DNA of 47,104 nt from Bacteroidales bacterium (lineage in GTDB: Bacteria; Bacteroidota; Bacteroidia; Bacteroidales; DTU049): contig JAPXMM010000002.1 in assembly GCA_033809015.1 (NCBI GenBank), forward strand, positions 1 to 47,104. Reading direction: 5' to 3'. Below, piece after piece: positions 10,682-20,122 of the stretch. The notes beneath the pieces are model-generated. The model had not been told where the DNA came from. It did no database searches and saw only the letters and a program-made list of their open reading frames with translations. Within the stretch, counting starts at the first letter, position 1; each line of letters begins with the position of its first letter. The translations under genes were made by a program, and so were the position numbers.

Positions 10682-11578
10682 ATGGATAATGAGTATTTAA
10701 AAAGTTTTCATAAATATTTGCTTTTAGATAGGCGAAATAGTCCTAATACTATTGATGCGTATTTAAGAGATGTTAGTAAGTTAATTAATTATTTTAGTGG
10801 CATCAATAAATCATTTATTTCAGCTAATTTGGATGATTTAGAACAATTTGTGAGCTTCTTATCTGAATTAGGATTAGAAAGTAGCACATTAGCACGTATA
10901 ATTTCAGGAATCAGGGCTTTTTATAAATTTTTACAAGAAGAGGAGATCATAGAAGACAACCCTGCTGAGCAATTAGATACACCGAAACTTACAAGAAAAT
11001 TACCCGAGATTTTATCGATTGAAGAGATAGAGCAAATTTTATCTGTTATTGATTTAAGTAAATTCGAAGGACACCGCAATAAGGCTATCATTGAAGTTTT
11101 ATATGGTTGTGGGTTGAGGGTGAGTGAGCTTATCAATTTGAAAATAATGGATTATTTTACAGATGAATCCATATTAAGAGTTATAGGAAAAGGTGATAAA
11201 GAACGCTATGTGCCTATTGGTAGTAAGGCAAAAAATGCTTTGTATTATTATATAGAATATAGTAGGCCACATTATCCGATGATTACTCAATATCAACAAT
11301 ATATTTTCCTTAATAGGCGAGGTAGAAAATTAACTAGAGAAATGATTTTTATAATTGTCAAAGATTGTGCTGCTAAAGCTGGGATACAAAAAAATGTTCA
11401 TCCACATACTTTTAGACATAGCTTTGCTACACATTTAGTAGAAAATGGTGCAGATCTTTTTGCAGTTCAGGAAATGCTAGGACATTCATCTATCACAACT
11501 ACTGAAATTTATACGCATGTTTCCATGTCGTATTTGAGAGATGTTATAGACAATTTCCATCCAAGAAATAAAAATTAA
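10682..11578 (+). CDS. xerD: Tyrosine site-specific recombinase XerD
   Basis: 298 aa with an N-terminal SAM-like domain. Catalytic region GLRVSEL...HPHTFRHSFATHLVENGADLFAVQEMLGHSSITTTEIYTHV. Confidence 0.8.
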   Translation: MDNEYLKSFHKYLLLDRRNSPNTIDAYLRDVSKLINYFSGINKSFISANLDDLEQFVSFLSELGLESSTLARIISGIRAFYKFLQEEEIIEDNPAEQLDTPKLTRKLPEILSIEEIEQILSVIDLSKFEGHRNKAIIEVLYGCGLRVSELINLKIMDYFTDESILRVIGKGDKERYVPIGSKAKNALYYYIEYSRPHYPMITQYQQYIFLNRRGRKLTREMIFIIVKDCAAKAGIQKNVHPHTFRHSFATHLVENGADLFAVQEMLGHSSITTTEIYTHVSMSYLRDVIDNFHPRNKN

Positions 11579-11593
11579 AATTTTATAAAAAAT

Positions 11594-12661
11594 ATGTTAG
11601 TAAATAATCAAAGTTACCAATCAGTATGGGCAGATATTAATAATAAAGTAATTTATTGCATTGATCAGACAAAGCTACCTTTTAGATTTTCTATTTTGAA
11701 ATTGAACAATCTAAATGACATTTCTGATGCTATCACTAATATGGCTATACGTGGTGCTCCAGCTATTGGTATAACAGCAGCTTACTCTATTTGGTTATCG
11801 CATCATTATAATAATGGTGATATTAATCTTATCCGACAAGATTATAATAAATTAATTTCTCTTCGCCCTACAGCTATAAATTTAAAAAAAGGTGCAGATT
11901 ATGTGTTTTCTGCAATAAATAGAAATATAAATAATTCACAAGTATATGATAGAGCTAGCGAATTTGCAAATAATGAAATAAATGCCTGCTACAAAATTGG
12001 GACATATGGAGTAGAACTAATCAAATCAATTCATAATCAATCACAAAACACAGTTAATATACTTACTCATTGTAATGCAGGGTGGTTAGCCTGTGGTGAT
12101 TATGGAACAGCACTGTCTCCTATTTTCGAAGCAAATAAACAAAATATACCTATTCATGTTTGGGTAGATGAAACTCGTCCATTAAATCAAGGTTCTCGTT
12201 TAACTGCATGGGAACTTTATAATGAAAAAATACCTTTTACTATTATTACTGATAATGCAGGTGGACTACTAATGATGAAACATAATGTAGATATGATAAT
12301 AATAGGTGCAGATAGAATAGCTAAAAATGGCGATGTAGCTAATAAAATTGGTTCTTATCTAAAAGCTTTAGCTGCTGCAGCTCATTCTATACCATTTTAT
12401 GTAGCTGCTCCTATTTCTACTTTTGATTTCTCCTTAGATACAGGTGATGACATTCCAATAGAACAAAGGAATTCTTCTGAAATACAATCTATTCAATCTT
12501 TTTATGATGATGAATGGATTAGCTCTGAATTATTCCCATCAGATTATCAATCTATTAATTACGCTTTTGACATCACTCCTGCAAAATTTATTAATTCGTT
12601 TATTACAGAACAAGGCATTTATAAAAATATAAATGATTTGATAAAGCAATTTAATTCTTGA
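11594..12661 (+). CDS. mtnA: S-methyl-5-thioribose-1-phosphate isomerase (eIF-2B family)
   Basis: AIRGAPAIGITAAY, RPTAINL, THCNAG and GADRIAKNGDVANKIGSY motifs. Confidence 0.85.
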   Translation: MLVNNQSYQSVWADINNKVIYCIDQTKLPFRFSILKLNNLNDISDAITNMAIRGAPAIGITAAYSIWLSHHYNNGDINLIRQDYNKLISLRPTAINLKKGADYVFSAINRNINNSQVYDRASEFANNEINACYKIGTYGVELIKSIHNQSQNTVNILTHCNAGWLACGDYGTALSPIFEANKQNIPIHVWVDETRPLNQGSRLTAWELYNEKIPFTIITDNAGGLLMMKHNVDMIIIGADRIAKNGDVANKIGSYLKALAAAAHSIPFYVAAPISTFDFSLDTGDDIPIEQRNSSEIQSIQSFYDDEWISSELFPSDYQSINYAFDITPAKFINSFITEQGIYKNINDLIKQFNS

Positions 12662-12695
12662 TATTATGAATTTTTTATTTAAAATCTTGTAAATA

Positions 12696-13289
12696 ATGAA
12701 ACAATATTTAAAACAAGCCAAAGATATATCAAGGTTTATGCGAAGACTATACCTACAAAAGTTAACTACTAGCCTAGGAGGTAATATAAGCATGAAAATA
12801 GATGATAGGATTTTAATTACCCCCTCTCAAATAGATAAAAATGATCTCAAAGCAAAAGACATTGCATATTTAACTACAAATGGAGATATTCTAAAAACAA
12901 AACATAAAATAAGTATAGAAACACCCATGCATATAGCTATATACAATGCCAGATCTGATGTACAAGTGATCATACATGCACATCCATTTTGGTGTACTGT
13001 AGCTGCTATTTGGGGTTTGCAGATAGATACTAATGTTACTGATGAAGCTCAATTTAATATAAAGAAAATGAGCTTTGCTAATTATTATCCTATGGGGACA
13101 GATGATTTAGCTAATGAGATTGCAGAAAAAATAAAATATTCCGATGTTGTGATAATGCCCAATCACGGTATAGTATGTGTAGGTAAAACACTTATAGAAA
13201 CTATAGAAAAATTAGAAATTGCAGAGAATCTAGCCCACATTAGCTGGTTAAAGCAGTTCAATGATAAGCTGACATATTTACCAAGGTAA
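12696..13289 (+). CDS. Class II aldolase/adducin family protein (MtnB-like methylthioribulose-1-phosphate dehydratase candidate)
   Basis: GGNISMK...ILITPS and HAHP motifs. Adjacency to mtnA supports the call. Confidence 0.65.
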   Translation: MKQYLKQAKDISRFMRRLYLQKLTTSLGGNISMKIDDRILITPSQIDKNDLKAKDIAYLTTNGDILKTKHKISIETPMHIAIYNARSDVQVIIHAHPFWCTVAAIWGLQIDTNVTDEAQFNIKKMSFANYYPMGTDDLANEIAEKIKYSDVVIMPNHGIVCVGKTLIETIEKLEIAENLAHISWLKQFNDKLTYLPR

Positions 13290-13327
13290 AAATCATCATA
13301 ATTGTTTTCAAGAATCATTATTATAAT

Positions 13328-13390
13328 TGTTTAAAACAATTAATGATATTTTAATTTTATTTTATAAGTAAATTATATAATTATAGAAAG
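13328..13390 (+). repeat. Solo copy of the IS left-end sequence
   Basis: TGTTTAAAACAATTAATGATATT at 13328-13350 is identical to 9481-9503 at the left end of the IS. Similarity decays over the next ~40 nt, and no transposase ORF is nearby. Confidence 0.55.
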
Positions 13391-13599
13391 GTATTAATGC
13401 AAATTAAGTAGAATTATAAAATTTTAAAATATTCTCGCATAAATATAGTATCAGAATGATATATATGATATTTTATTTGTTTATTAAATATCATATATTG
13501 ATTTAATCATTTATAAAGTTTAAAAAAATACCCTCCTCTGAAATCCCCTTCTACAAACCATTTGCATTAAAAAAACATTGCAACTATAATATATTTAAA

Positions 13600-13748
13600 A
13601 CACTTTACTTTTCAACTCTTAAACCTTTAAACCATTAAACTCCTAAACTTATCGACTTCTCCCTCGTCACCTCGTCACCCTGTCTCCCAGTCTCCTCGTC
13701 ACGCACTCTCCCCCTCTCCCCTTTCTCCCCCTCTCTCCCTCACTTCTC
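13600..13748 (+). repeat. Modular intergenic repeat, copy A (TAAAC-word module plus C+T-rich GC-rich tail)
   Basis: ...AAACCTTTAAACCATTAAACTCCTAAACTTATCGACTTCTCCCTCGTCACCTCGTCACCCTGTCTCCCAGTCTCCTCGTCAC...CTCTCCC. It shares module order with the 32.8-33.0 kb copy. Confidence 0.7.
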
Positions 13749-13860
13749 AAAAAAACCTTTTTACTAAACACAAACAAAAATTTAAGCTTAATGGCAAATA
13801 AATATTATTTTTGCAAAAGATAGAGTTTTTATATTTATAATTAGGATAAATTATTTTACT

Positions 13861-15531
13861 ATGAATTTTATCAATGAATTATTTTTTGGTACAGGTATAG
13901 CTCATTCAGTGTTTATCATAGCTATTATAGTAGCTATAGGAGTATATTTAGGCAAAATAAAAATTTTTGGAATATCTCTCGGTGTAACGTGGGTATTATT
14001 TATAGGAATACTTTTTGGGCATTTAGGCTTCATCGTAGATGAGCATATTATTAGCTTTGTCAAAGAATTTGGTTTAATATTATTCGTATATTTTGTAGGA
14101 TTGCAGGTAGGACCGAATTTCTTTTCTTCATTTAAAAAAAGTGGATTAAAATTAAATTTATTAGCAGTTTTGATTATTGTGTTAGGTGTTTTAATAACAT
14201 ATATATTACATAAAATCACTAAAGTGCCCATGTCTACTATGACGGGAATACTATCTGGTGCTGTAACTAATACACCTAGTATGGGAGTAGCACAACAAAC
14301 ATTTTTAGAAATGACTGGACATGCAGACCCGACAATCGCTCTAGGCTATGCAGTAGCTTATCCGATAGGTATTTTAGGTGTGATCCTTGTAATTATTTTA
14401 TTAAGATATATTTTTAAAATCGACATAAATAAAGAAAAAGAAGATTTAGAACAAGCTGATAATAAAAAAGAAAGCCAAGCTCAAGTATTTTCTTTGCAAA
14501 TAACTAATCCCAATGTTTTCGGGAAAAGTATTTATGAAGTAAAAAAATTAATAGATAAAGATTTTGTGATTTCTCGTGTTTTGCACTCTGACACGAATAC
14601 TATAGAAATAGCTCAACCTAAAACAATCTTAAATGAAGGTGATAAAGTATTGATAGTTACTAATTTGCAAAATTATAATGAAATAGTGCAATTGCTAGGT
14701 AAACACATAGAAATGGACAAAGATCAATGGGACCAGCTCGACCATAAATTATTCTCTGAACAAATCATTATTTCGAATTCCAAAGTGAATGGTAAAACTA
14801 TAGGACAATTAAAGCTAAGGAGCAATTTTGGTATCAACGTTACCAGAGTAAATCGTGCAGGTTTTGATCTGGTGGCAAATCCGAATTTAATGCTGCAGAT
14901 AGGAGACAGATTGACTGTCGTAGGTACAGAATCTGCGATTTACAATGTAGAAAAATTTCTAGGGAACTCTCTAAAAAAATTGAATGAACCAAATCTATTT
15001 GCTATTTTTATCGGTATAGCTTTAGGAGTACTTTTAGGTAGTATTCCATTTAGGTTCCCTGGTATTCCAGAGCCTATAAAACTAGGTTTAGCAGGTGGTC
15101 CATTAATCGTAGCTATATTATTAAGTAATTTCGGTACTAGATATCATATCATCACTTATACTACTGTGAGTGCTAATCTAATGGTCAGAGAAATTGGTAT
15201 TGCTATGTTTCTAGCAGCAGTAGGAGTAAGTGTGGGTAAAGATTTTGTACAAACTATTGTAGATGGAGGTTACATTTGGGTAGCCTATGGAGCAATTATT
15301 ACCATTTTACCTATTTTAATCGTTGGTATAATTGGTAGATTATTTTTCAAACTCAATTTTTTAACTCTCATTGGTTTAATAACTGGTAGTGTTACAGATC
15401 CGCCAGCATTAGCCTTTGCTAACTCGCTATCAGATAATGATGCTCCCATGGTTAGTTATTCTACAGTATATCCACTTACGATGTTTCTACGCGTTATCAC
15501 AGCTCAGATCTTGATTTTATTTTTTGTTTAG
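13861..15531 (+). CDS. YidE/YbjL-type (AspT/YidE/YbjL family) transporter with two central RCK_C/TrkA_C domains
   Basis: 556 aa with two polytopic halves flanking two soluble repeats (...GDKVLIVT..., ...GDRLTVVG...). This is the typical family architecture. Confidence 0.8.
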   Translation: MNFINELFFGTGIAHSVFIIAIIVAIGVYLGKIKIFGISLGVTWVLFIGILFGHLGFIVDEHIISFVKEFGLILFVYFVGLQVGPNFFSSFKKSGLKLNLLAVLIIVLGVLITYILHKITKVPMSTMTGILSGAVTNTPSMGVAQQTFLEMTGHADPTIALGYAVAYPIGILGVILVIILLRYIFKIDINKEKEDLEQADNKKESQAQVFSLQITNPNVFGKSIYEVKKLIDKDFVISRVLHSDTNTIEIAQPKTILNEGDKVLIVTNLQNYNEIVQLLGKHIEMDKDQWDQLDHKLFSEQIIISNSKVNGKTIGQLKLRSNFGINVTRVNRAGFDLVANPNLMLQIGDRLTVVGTESAIYNVEKFLGNSLKKLNEPNLFAIFIGIALGVLLGSIPFRFPGIPEPIKLGLAGGPLIVAILLSNFGTRYHIITYTTVSANLMVREIGIAMFLAAVGVSVGKDFVQTIVDGGYIWVAYGAIITILPILIVGIIGRLFFKLNFLTLIGLITGSVTDPPALAFANSLSDNDAPMVSYSTVYPLTMFLRVITAQILILFFV

Positions 15532-16849
15532 ATTCTAATACATATATTTGTTTGGTATTTTCATCTACTTTCACTATTTCGGAAACTCGCTTGCCTACTA
15601 ACCATATTATTTGGCCTGTCGCATCTACTAAAACAAATTGAAAATGTTTCTCTATTGGAGTAGCTTTTTGATTAATTAAAAAATCGCTAATTTTCACATG
15701 TGATTTCATACCAAAAGGTATAAATGAATCTCCTTCTTTTATTTTTCTTAATTTCAATGGAAATTTAATCTTTTCTAAATCCATAAAAGCAAAATTAGGT
15801 CTTTTATCTATGATTAGTCCATCAGCTTGCAAAATTTGAATATTTAACTCAAACGGTTCTTTAATAGTTTTTCTATTTTTAGTAATAGTTATTTCAGGGA
15901 AAGTGGTGTGATTATTTATAACATACAAAATGCTTTTTTGAGTATAAACATTGTAATCGGGTAAAATAAATTGCCGAGTTTCATTTTTATGTAAAGTTTT
16001 GATAATATTTTGAATTTGATCAATACTAGCTGACAGTGGACTAAGAATAAAATGCAATACTGCAAGGTCTGATAAATACAATCGCAAAAAATTAATAGAA
16101 AAGCTCATATCTTCGTAATAAACAATATAAGGTGTCAGATATTTTTCTAATAAAATGCCATAAGTATCTCTTTGCTCTTGTAAAATCTGAATATTATTAA
16201 GTATAGTTTTTTCTACTCCTGGACGCATATCTTTAAGCAATGGTATGAGCTCATGGCGAATGCGATTTCTCAAAAAAATCAGTTCATTATTAGTTTTATC
16301 TATTCTATATGGAATATTTTGTGTATTAGCATAATTTTCTATATCTTTTCTAGATACATGCCAAAGTGGACGAATGATTTGATATCTTTTCTGAGGTATA
16401 CTGGATAGACCAAATAATGTAGCTCCTCGCAAAATATTAATAAAAAAAGTTTCTATGACGTCATTAGCTTGGTGTGCTAAAGCCAAATAATCATAATTAT
16501 ACTTCTCTATTAATTCCTCGAAAAAGTCATATCGCAGTTCTCTAGCCGCTTCTTCGATAGATAATTTATGTTCTTTTGCATATGTTTCAGTATCCACTTT
16601 TTTGACATAAATCGGTATATCATGATTTGAAAAATATTCTCTCACAAACTGCTCATCTTCATCACTATCATTGCCGCGCAGTTGGAAATTAACATGAGCT
16701 ACAGCAATATTTAGATTCAATTTCATCAAAATATTAGAAAGCACCATACTATCTACTCCACCGCTCACACCTATTAGAAATTTAAGTTGTTTATAATTTC
16801 TATTTATTCCTTTTAAAAAATTATTAACTGCACTTTCTATTTTTACCAT
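15497..16849 (-). CDS. tilS: tRNA(Ile)-lysidine synthetase
   Basis: PP-loop motif IGVSGGVDSMVL, 450 aa, and a C-terminal TilS substrate-binding region. Confidence 0.9.
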   Translation of the reverse strand: MVKIESAVNNFLKGINRNYKQLKFLIGVSGGVDSMVLSNILMKLNLNIAVAHVNFQLRGNDSDEDEQFVREYFSNHDIPIYVKKVDTETYAKEHKLSIEEAARELRYDFFEELIEKYNYDYLALAHQANDVIETFFINILRGATLFGLSSIPQKRYQIIRPLWHVSRKDIENYANTQNIPYRIDKTNNELIFLRNRIRHELIPLLKDMRPGVEKTILNNIQILQEQRDTYGILLEKYLTPYIVYYEDMSFSINFLRLYLSDLAVLHFILSPLSASIDQIQNIIKTLHKNETRQFILPDYNVYTQKSILYVINNHTTFPEITITKNRKTIKEPFELNIQILQADGLIIDKRPNFAFMDLEKIKFPLKLRKIKEGDSFIPFGMKSHVKISDFLINQKATPIEKHFQFVLVDATGQIIWLVGKRVSEIVKVDENTKQIYVLESKQKIKSRSEL

Positions 16850-19725
16850 AATAAAAAAATAATTTCTGGATCGATAATATTGTTATTAATGAACTGCTTA
16901 TAATCTCTAATCTCTAATAATAAAGCATTGTCTACATCAGATAAATCTACTAAAAGCAAACTAGTGGGTATATTGACATCTGTATTCAATATTGTTTTAT
17001 AAATCATGAAATAATCACTAGGCTCTATTTTGCCACCAATGAAATATCGAGTCATTACGATTTCATTTTTCACTAAATCTATATATCCATCACGGCATTT
17101 TCTAATTTTGTAAGTTTCATTATTTGCTAATGTTTGCTGCATTATCCACTGATATGCTATATCTATAAATTTACTAAAAATTTTCTCAAAAGGCTTTTTA
17201 ATTTGCATTAATGGAGTTAAATTTTTAGGAAATTCAGGAACATATTCTTCTAATATTTTCAAAGAATTTACTGCAAAACCATTTTTTTTTATTTCTTGGA
17301 TATCGAAATAATGTATATTTACTTTGGCTTTATGATTTTGAGATATAATGTCATCTGCTAGATTTAATGTACCACTACGATACATATTTATCAGCTTTAA
17401 TTCATCTAATGAAAGGCTAAAATTATCTTTTACTTCTAAATCGAAAATATTTATAAAATGTTTTAGCTCAGAAGCCGATAATTTATAATCTGATTTTAAT
17501 TTTGATATATTGAGATCGCTGATAGCTATCACATTATCATCTGTATCATAAATCCAATGTTTAGTATATAAAATTTGCCAAATAGTAGAATGAAATACAG
17601 CCTCATCATTTCTAATATATGAAGACCAGCTATACTTGCCCCACCAGTAATCATCAGGGAATTGCAAAATCCAATGTAAAAGAAAATTACTTTTTTCTAA
17701 ATTAATATTTGACAAAAAATCTTCTATCCCTTCGATAGTCCAATCATCGATATTCTCCTCTACTATTGGCTTTACATCACTATTTCCTCGCAGATTAGCC
17801 TTTTCATCTTCATTCAAATGATTTTCTATTTTTATTTTCTTAGGAAATTTATTAATATTTAATTTTTCGAATATAGATATGAATTGAGATATAGGTAATT
17901 TATAATTATTTTCATACCATTTAAAATTCACAAAATTTTTATTATAAGAAAAATAATATTCCAATTCTTTAGTTGGTAGATACAACTCATTTGGTTTGCA
18001 CCACTCATTATTTATGTTAGGAATGCATTCGAAACTTTGTAATAATGTATTATCTACCTTATCTAAATTAGCTAAAAACAAATCCCAGAATTTACGATAA
18101 GCTTTTTTCAGAATATATGTAGTCAATTGATGATTAATACCTTTTTGATCATCATAAGGTTTTATTTGTAGAGAATAGAATAAATTAACAATATTTTCAT
18201 TGTTTATAAGTGCTGGATTAATATTCATAGCTGAATCTGGAGCTCCATAAAGGAAAACATTACTCATCTCCTCATCCCAGAGTTTCCATTTATTATCTGC
18301 AGTATATAACCACGGATAATCACTTAAATTATAAAATTTATTCTTATTATTTGGTAAAACTAACTCTGGATTTTGTGCTAAAAGTTCATAAAAAAATTCT
18401 GTCTGCTCAGAATTATAATTTTTATTAAAATATAATTGCTTCAATGCAAAAGCGAAATCATGCTCATCAATTATTCTAATTGATAATTCTTTTTTTATCA
18501 ATTCAGCAAAATTAGTTTTATCAATCAGCCCTATATTAATCCAATTTTTTTTGTTCCATAATTTATTTAAAACATTTTTAGGTATGAGCTCTAGCAACAA
18601 TTTATTTCTAGGGAAAGCAACAAGAGAATGAGGATAATATTTATTATCATTAGTTAAGATAGACTTATCATTTTTTAGAAAATTAATCCATTGCTCTGCC
18701 CATAATTTCTCAATAGGATGCTCATAGTGAGACAAAGTAAAAGCTTCGTATAAATCGGGAGTTAATAAATTTCTATTACGTAACTCTTTTAGAAAATTCG
18801 GAAATAATTTCTTAAGTTGATTCAGCAAAACTTTATTTTCATTAATAGATGAATTGTCCCATGGTATCTGCTCGCGAGTAGGTGTAGTCGTAAAAAAGCC
18901 ATGTACAATAAAAGGTAAATGCAATATTTCTCTAGTAGGGAAAAAAACGAAAAGTGGATTAGTAGCATACAACTTTTCTAATGAAAGAGCCAAAGATAAT
19001 TTTTTTTGATTATTATTAATTTTACTAAGGACCAAATACTTTTCATCAGCTATAGCATCTGACATATTAGTAGATAAAATTACGATTTTACTATCATCAG
19101 TATTAGTTTTTTCAATAAAAAATTTTTCGCGAGTTACATTATTAACAATTTCGATTTTATTTACATAGTCCAGAAAAAGAATAAATCTATAGTCCCAGGC
19201 TTTCACTCTATCCCATAAATCTATAACAGAAATATTTTTTTTAAAAGGAAACCAAAAAAATGTAGTAAAAGGCTCTAAAATATCAATCGGGTCAATAGTT
19301 TCTAATAATTCAAAATCTCGAATTACAAAATCATATCCATCAGAATGTATCTCGGGAGCATCAGTAATGCCAAAAACAGAACGAAAACCTATACCAAATT
19401 TACCTATTTTATTAATATTAGCCAAATGTTGTTTTGTAGATTTACCATATGTAGTAATAGCAATGAAATCATCATCATTGAAAGGATCACCATTATGATA
19501 AATAGCTATGCCATCATTATCAAATTGTATTTTCATTTTGCCCGGTCTGGTTATTCTAGCACAAGCATCCTCAGCATTTTGTACTATTTCATCCAAGAAA
19601 TGAACCGGATCAGCATATAGTGAAGATAAAATTTCTGCATAGCGATTGCCCTTATCTTTATTAGCCTTCACTACCTCTCGTGTCAAAGAAATATATTCCT
19701 GTAAATTATTGAATTTTTTTGGCAT
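16843..19725 (-). CDS. Large (960 aa) sacsin-like GHKL/Hsp90-type ATPase-domain protein, function unknown
   Basis: The N-terminus carries Bergerat-fold boxes: FLDEIVQNAEDA (N box), DNDGIAIYHNG (G1-like) and IGKFGIGFRSVF (G2). The following FFWFPFKKN block resembles sacsin repeat regions. Its stop overlaps the tilS ATG by 7 nt. Confidence 0.7.
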   Translation of the reverse strand: MPKKFNNLQEYISLTREVVKANKDKGNRYAEILSSLYADPVHFLDEIVQNAEDACARITRPGKMKIQFDNDGIAIYHNGDPFNDDDFIAITTYGKSTKQHLANINKIGKFGIGFRSVFGITDAPEIHSDGYDFVIRDFELLETIDPIDILEPFTTFFWFPFKKNISVIDLWDRVKAWDYRFILFLDYVNKIEIVNNVTREKFFIEKTNTDDSKIVILSTNMSDAIADEKYLVLSKINNNQKKLSLALSLEKLYATNPLFVFFPTREILHLPFIVHGFFTTTPTREQIPWDNSSINENKVLLNQLKKLFPNFLKELRNRNLLTPDLYEAFTLSHYEHPIEKLWAEQWINFLKNDKSILTNDNKYYPHSLVAFPRNKLLLELIPKNVLNKLWNKKNWINIGLIDKTNFAELIKKELSIRIIDEHDFAFALKQLYFNKNYNSEQTEFFYELLAQNPELVLPNNKNKFYNLSDYPWLYTADNKWKLWDEEMSNVFLYGAPDSAMNINPALINNENIVNLFYSLQIKPYDDQKGINHQLTTYILKKAYRKFWDLFLANLDKVDNTLLQSFECIPNINNEWCKPNELYLPTKELEYYFSYNKNFVNFKWYENNYKLPISQFISIFEKLNINKFPKKIKIENHLNEDEKANLRGNSDVKPIVEENIDDWTIEGIEDFLSNINLEKSNFLLHWILQFPDDYWWGKYSWSSYIRNDEAVFHSTIWQILYTKHWIYDTDDNVIAISDLNISKLKSDYKLSASELKHFINIFDLEVKDNFSLSLDELKLINMYRSGTLNLADDIISQNHKAKVNIHYFDIQEIKKNGFAVNSLKILEEYVPEFPKNLTPLMQIKKPFEKIFSKFIDIAYQWIMQQTLANNETYKIRKCRDGYIDLVKNEIVMTRYFIGGKIEPSDYFMIYKTILNTDVNIPTSLLLVDLSDVDNALLLEIRDYKQFINNNIIDPEIIFLLW

Positions 19726-19804
19726 TAAAAAAACTTTATCTTTAGCAAAATTAAGAAAAAAAGGTGTTGTAAAAAAGTTTCTGTATTAGGAGTTTTAAAA
19801 ATTG

Positions 19805-20015
19805 ATGGGAAGGAGAGGAGGAGACGTGGAGATGGGGAGAAAGGGTGAAATGGTGAAAGGGAGAAATGGAGAAGTTGATAAGTTGATAAGTTGATGAGTT
19901 TAAAGGTTTAAGCAGAATGTTTAAACTATATTAAACTACATTAAACTACATTAAATTATTTAATAAATCATAGTCCAACAGGCAGGTCATTTGATAATCA
20001 GTGGTTCAGACATTA
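19805..20015 (-). repeat. Modular intergenic repeat, copy B: left arm bracketing the island (inverted relative to copy C)
   Basis: The reverse complement reads AATGTCTGAACCACTGATT...GGACTATGATTT...TAGTTTAAACATTCTGCTTAAACCTTTAAACTCATCAACTT(ATCAACTT)n...C+T-rich tail. This is the same module order as 32682-33010. Confidence 0.8.
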
Positions 20016-20068
20016 TTTTCTATGAATGTTAATATAAAGATTACTTTTCAAAGTTTTTTATATGTTTA

Positions 20069-20099
20069 TTTGTAAATTTTAAATTTTAATGTAAATTTG
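20069..20099 (+). promoter_or_regulatory. Bacteroidota sigma-A-type promoter candidate (-33 TTTG / -7 TAAATTTG)
   Basis: TTTG at 20069-20072 lies 19 nt upstream of TAAATTTG at 20092-20099 (TAnnTTTG consensus). The ATG at 20123 is 23 nt downstream. Confidence 0.4.
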
Positions 20100-20122
20100 T
20101 GGGAAAATAGGATAAACAAATC

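Noticed and set aside
10682-11578. XerD as the integrase responsible for the 20-32.7 kb island.
   Set aside because: It lies 8.4 kb away across housekeeping genes and has the canonical chromosomal XerD length and motifs. It is not adjacent to either island boundary.
15497-15531. The 35-nt convergent overlap of the transporter and tilS 3' ends as a regulatory antisense feature.
   Set aside because: Small convergent overlaps are common in compact genomes, and no structure or motif was seen.
17282-17290. An A9/T9 homopolymer inside the GHKL ATPase gene (and an A8 run in the operon promoter spacer at 22390-22398) as phase-variation switches.
   Set aside because: Runs of 8-9 A/T are expected by chance in DNA this AT-rich. 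Without population or length-variant data this is not supportable.
19726-20122. A tRNA or att site at the island boundaries (also checked at 32542-33088 and in other intergenic gaps).
   Set aside because: I found no tRNA-like T-arm (GGTTCGAAT-type) or acceptor pairing by eye. The boundaries are inverted, not direct, repeats.
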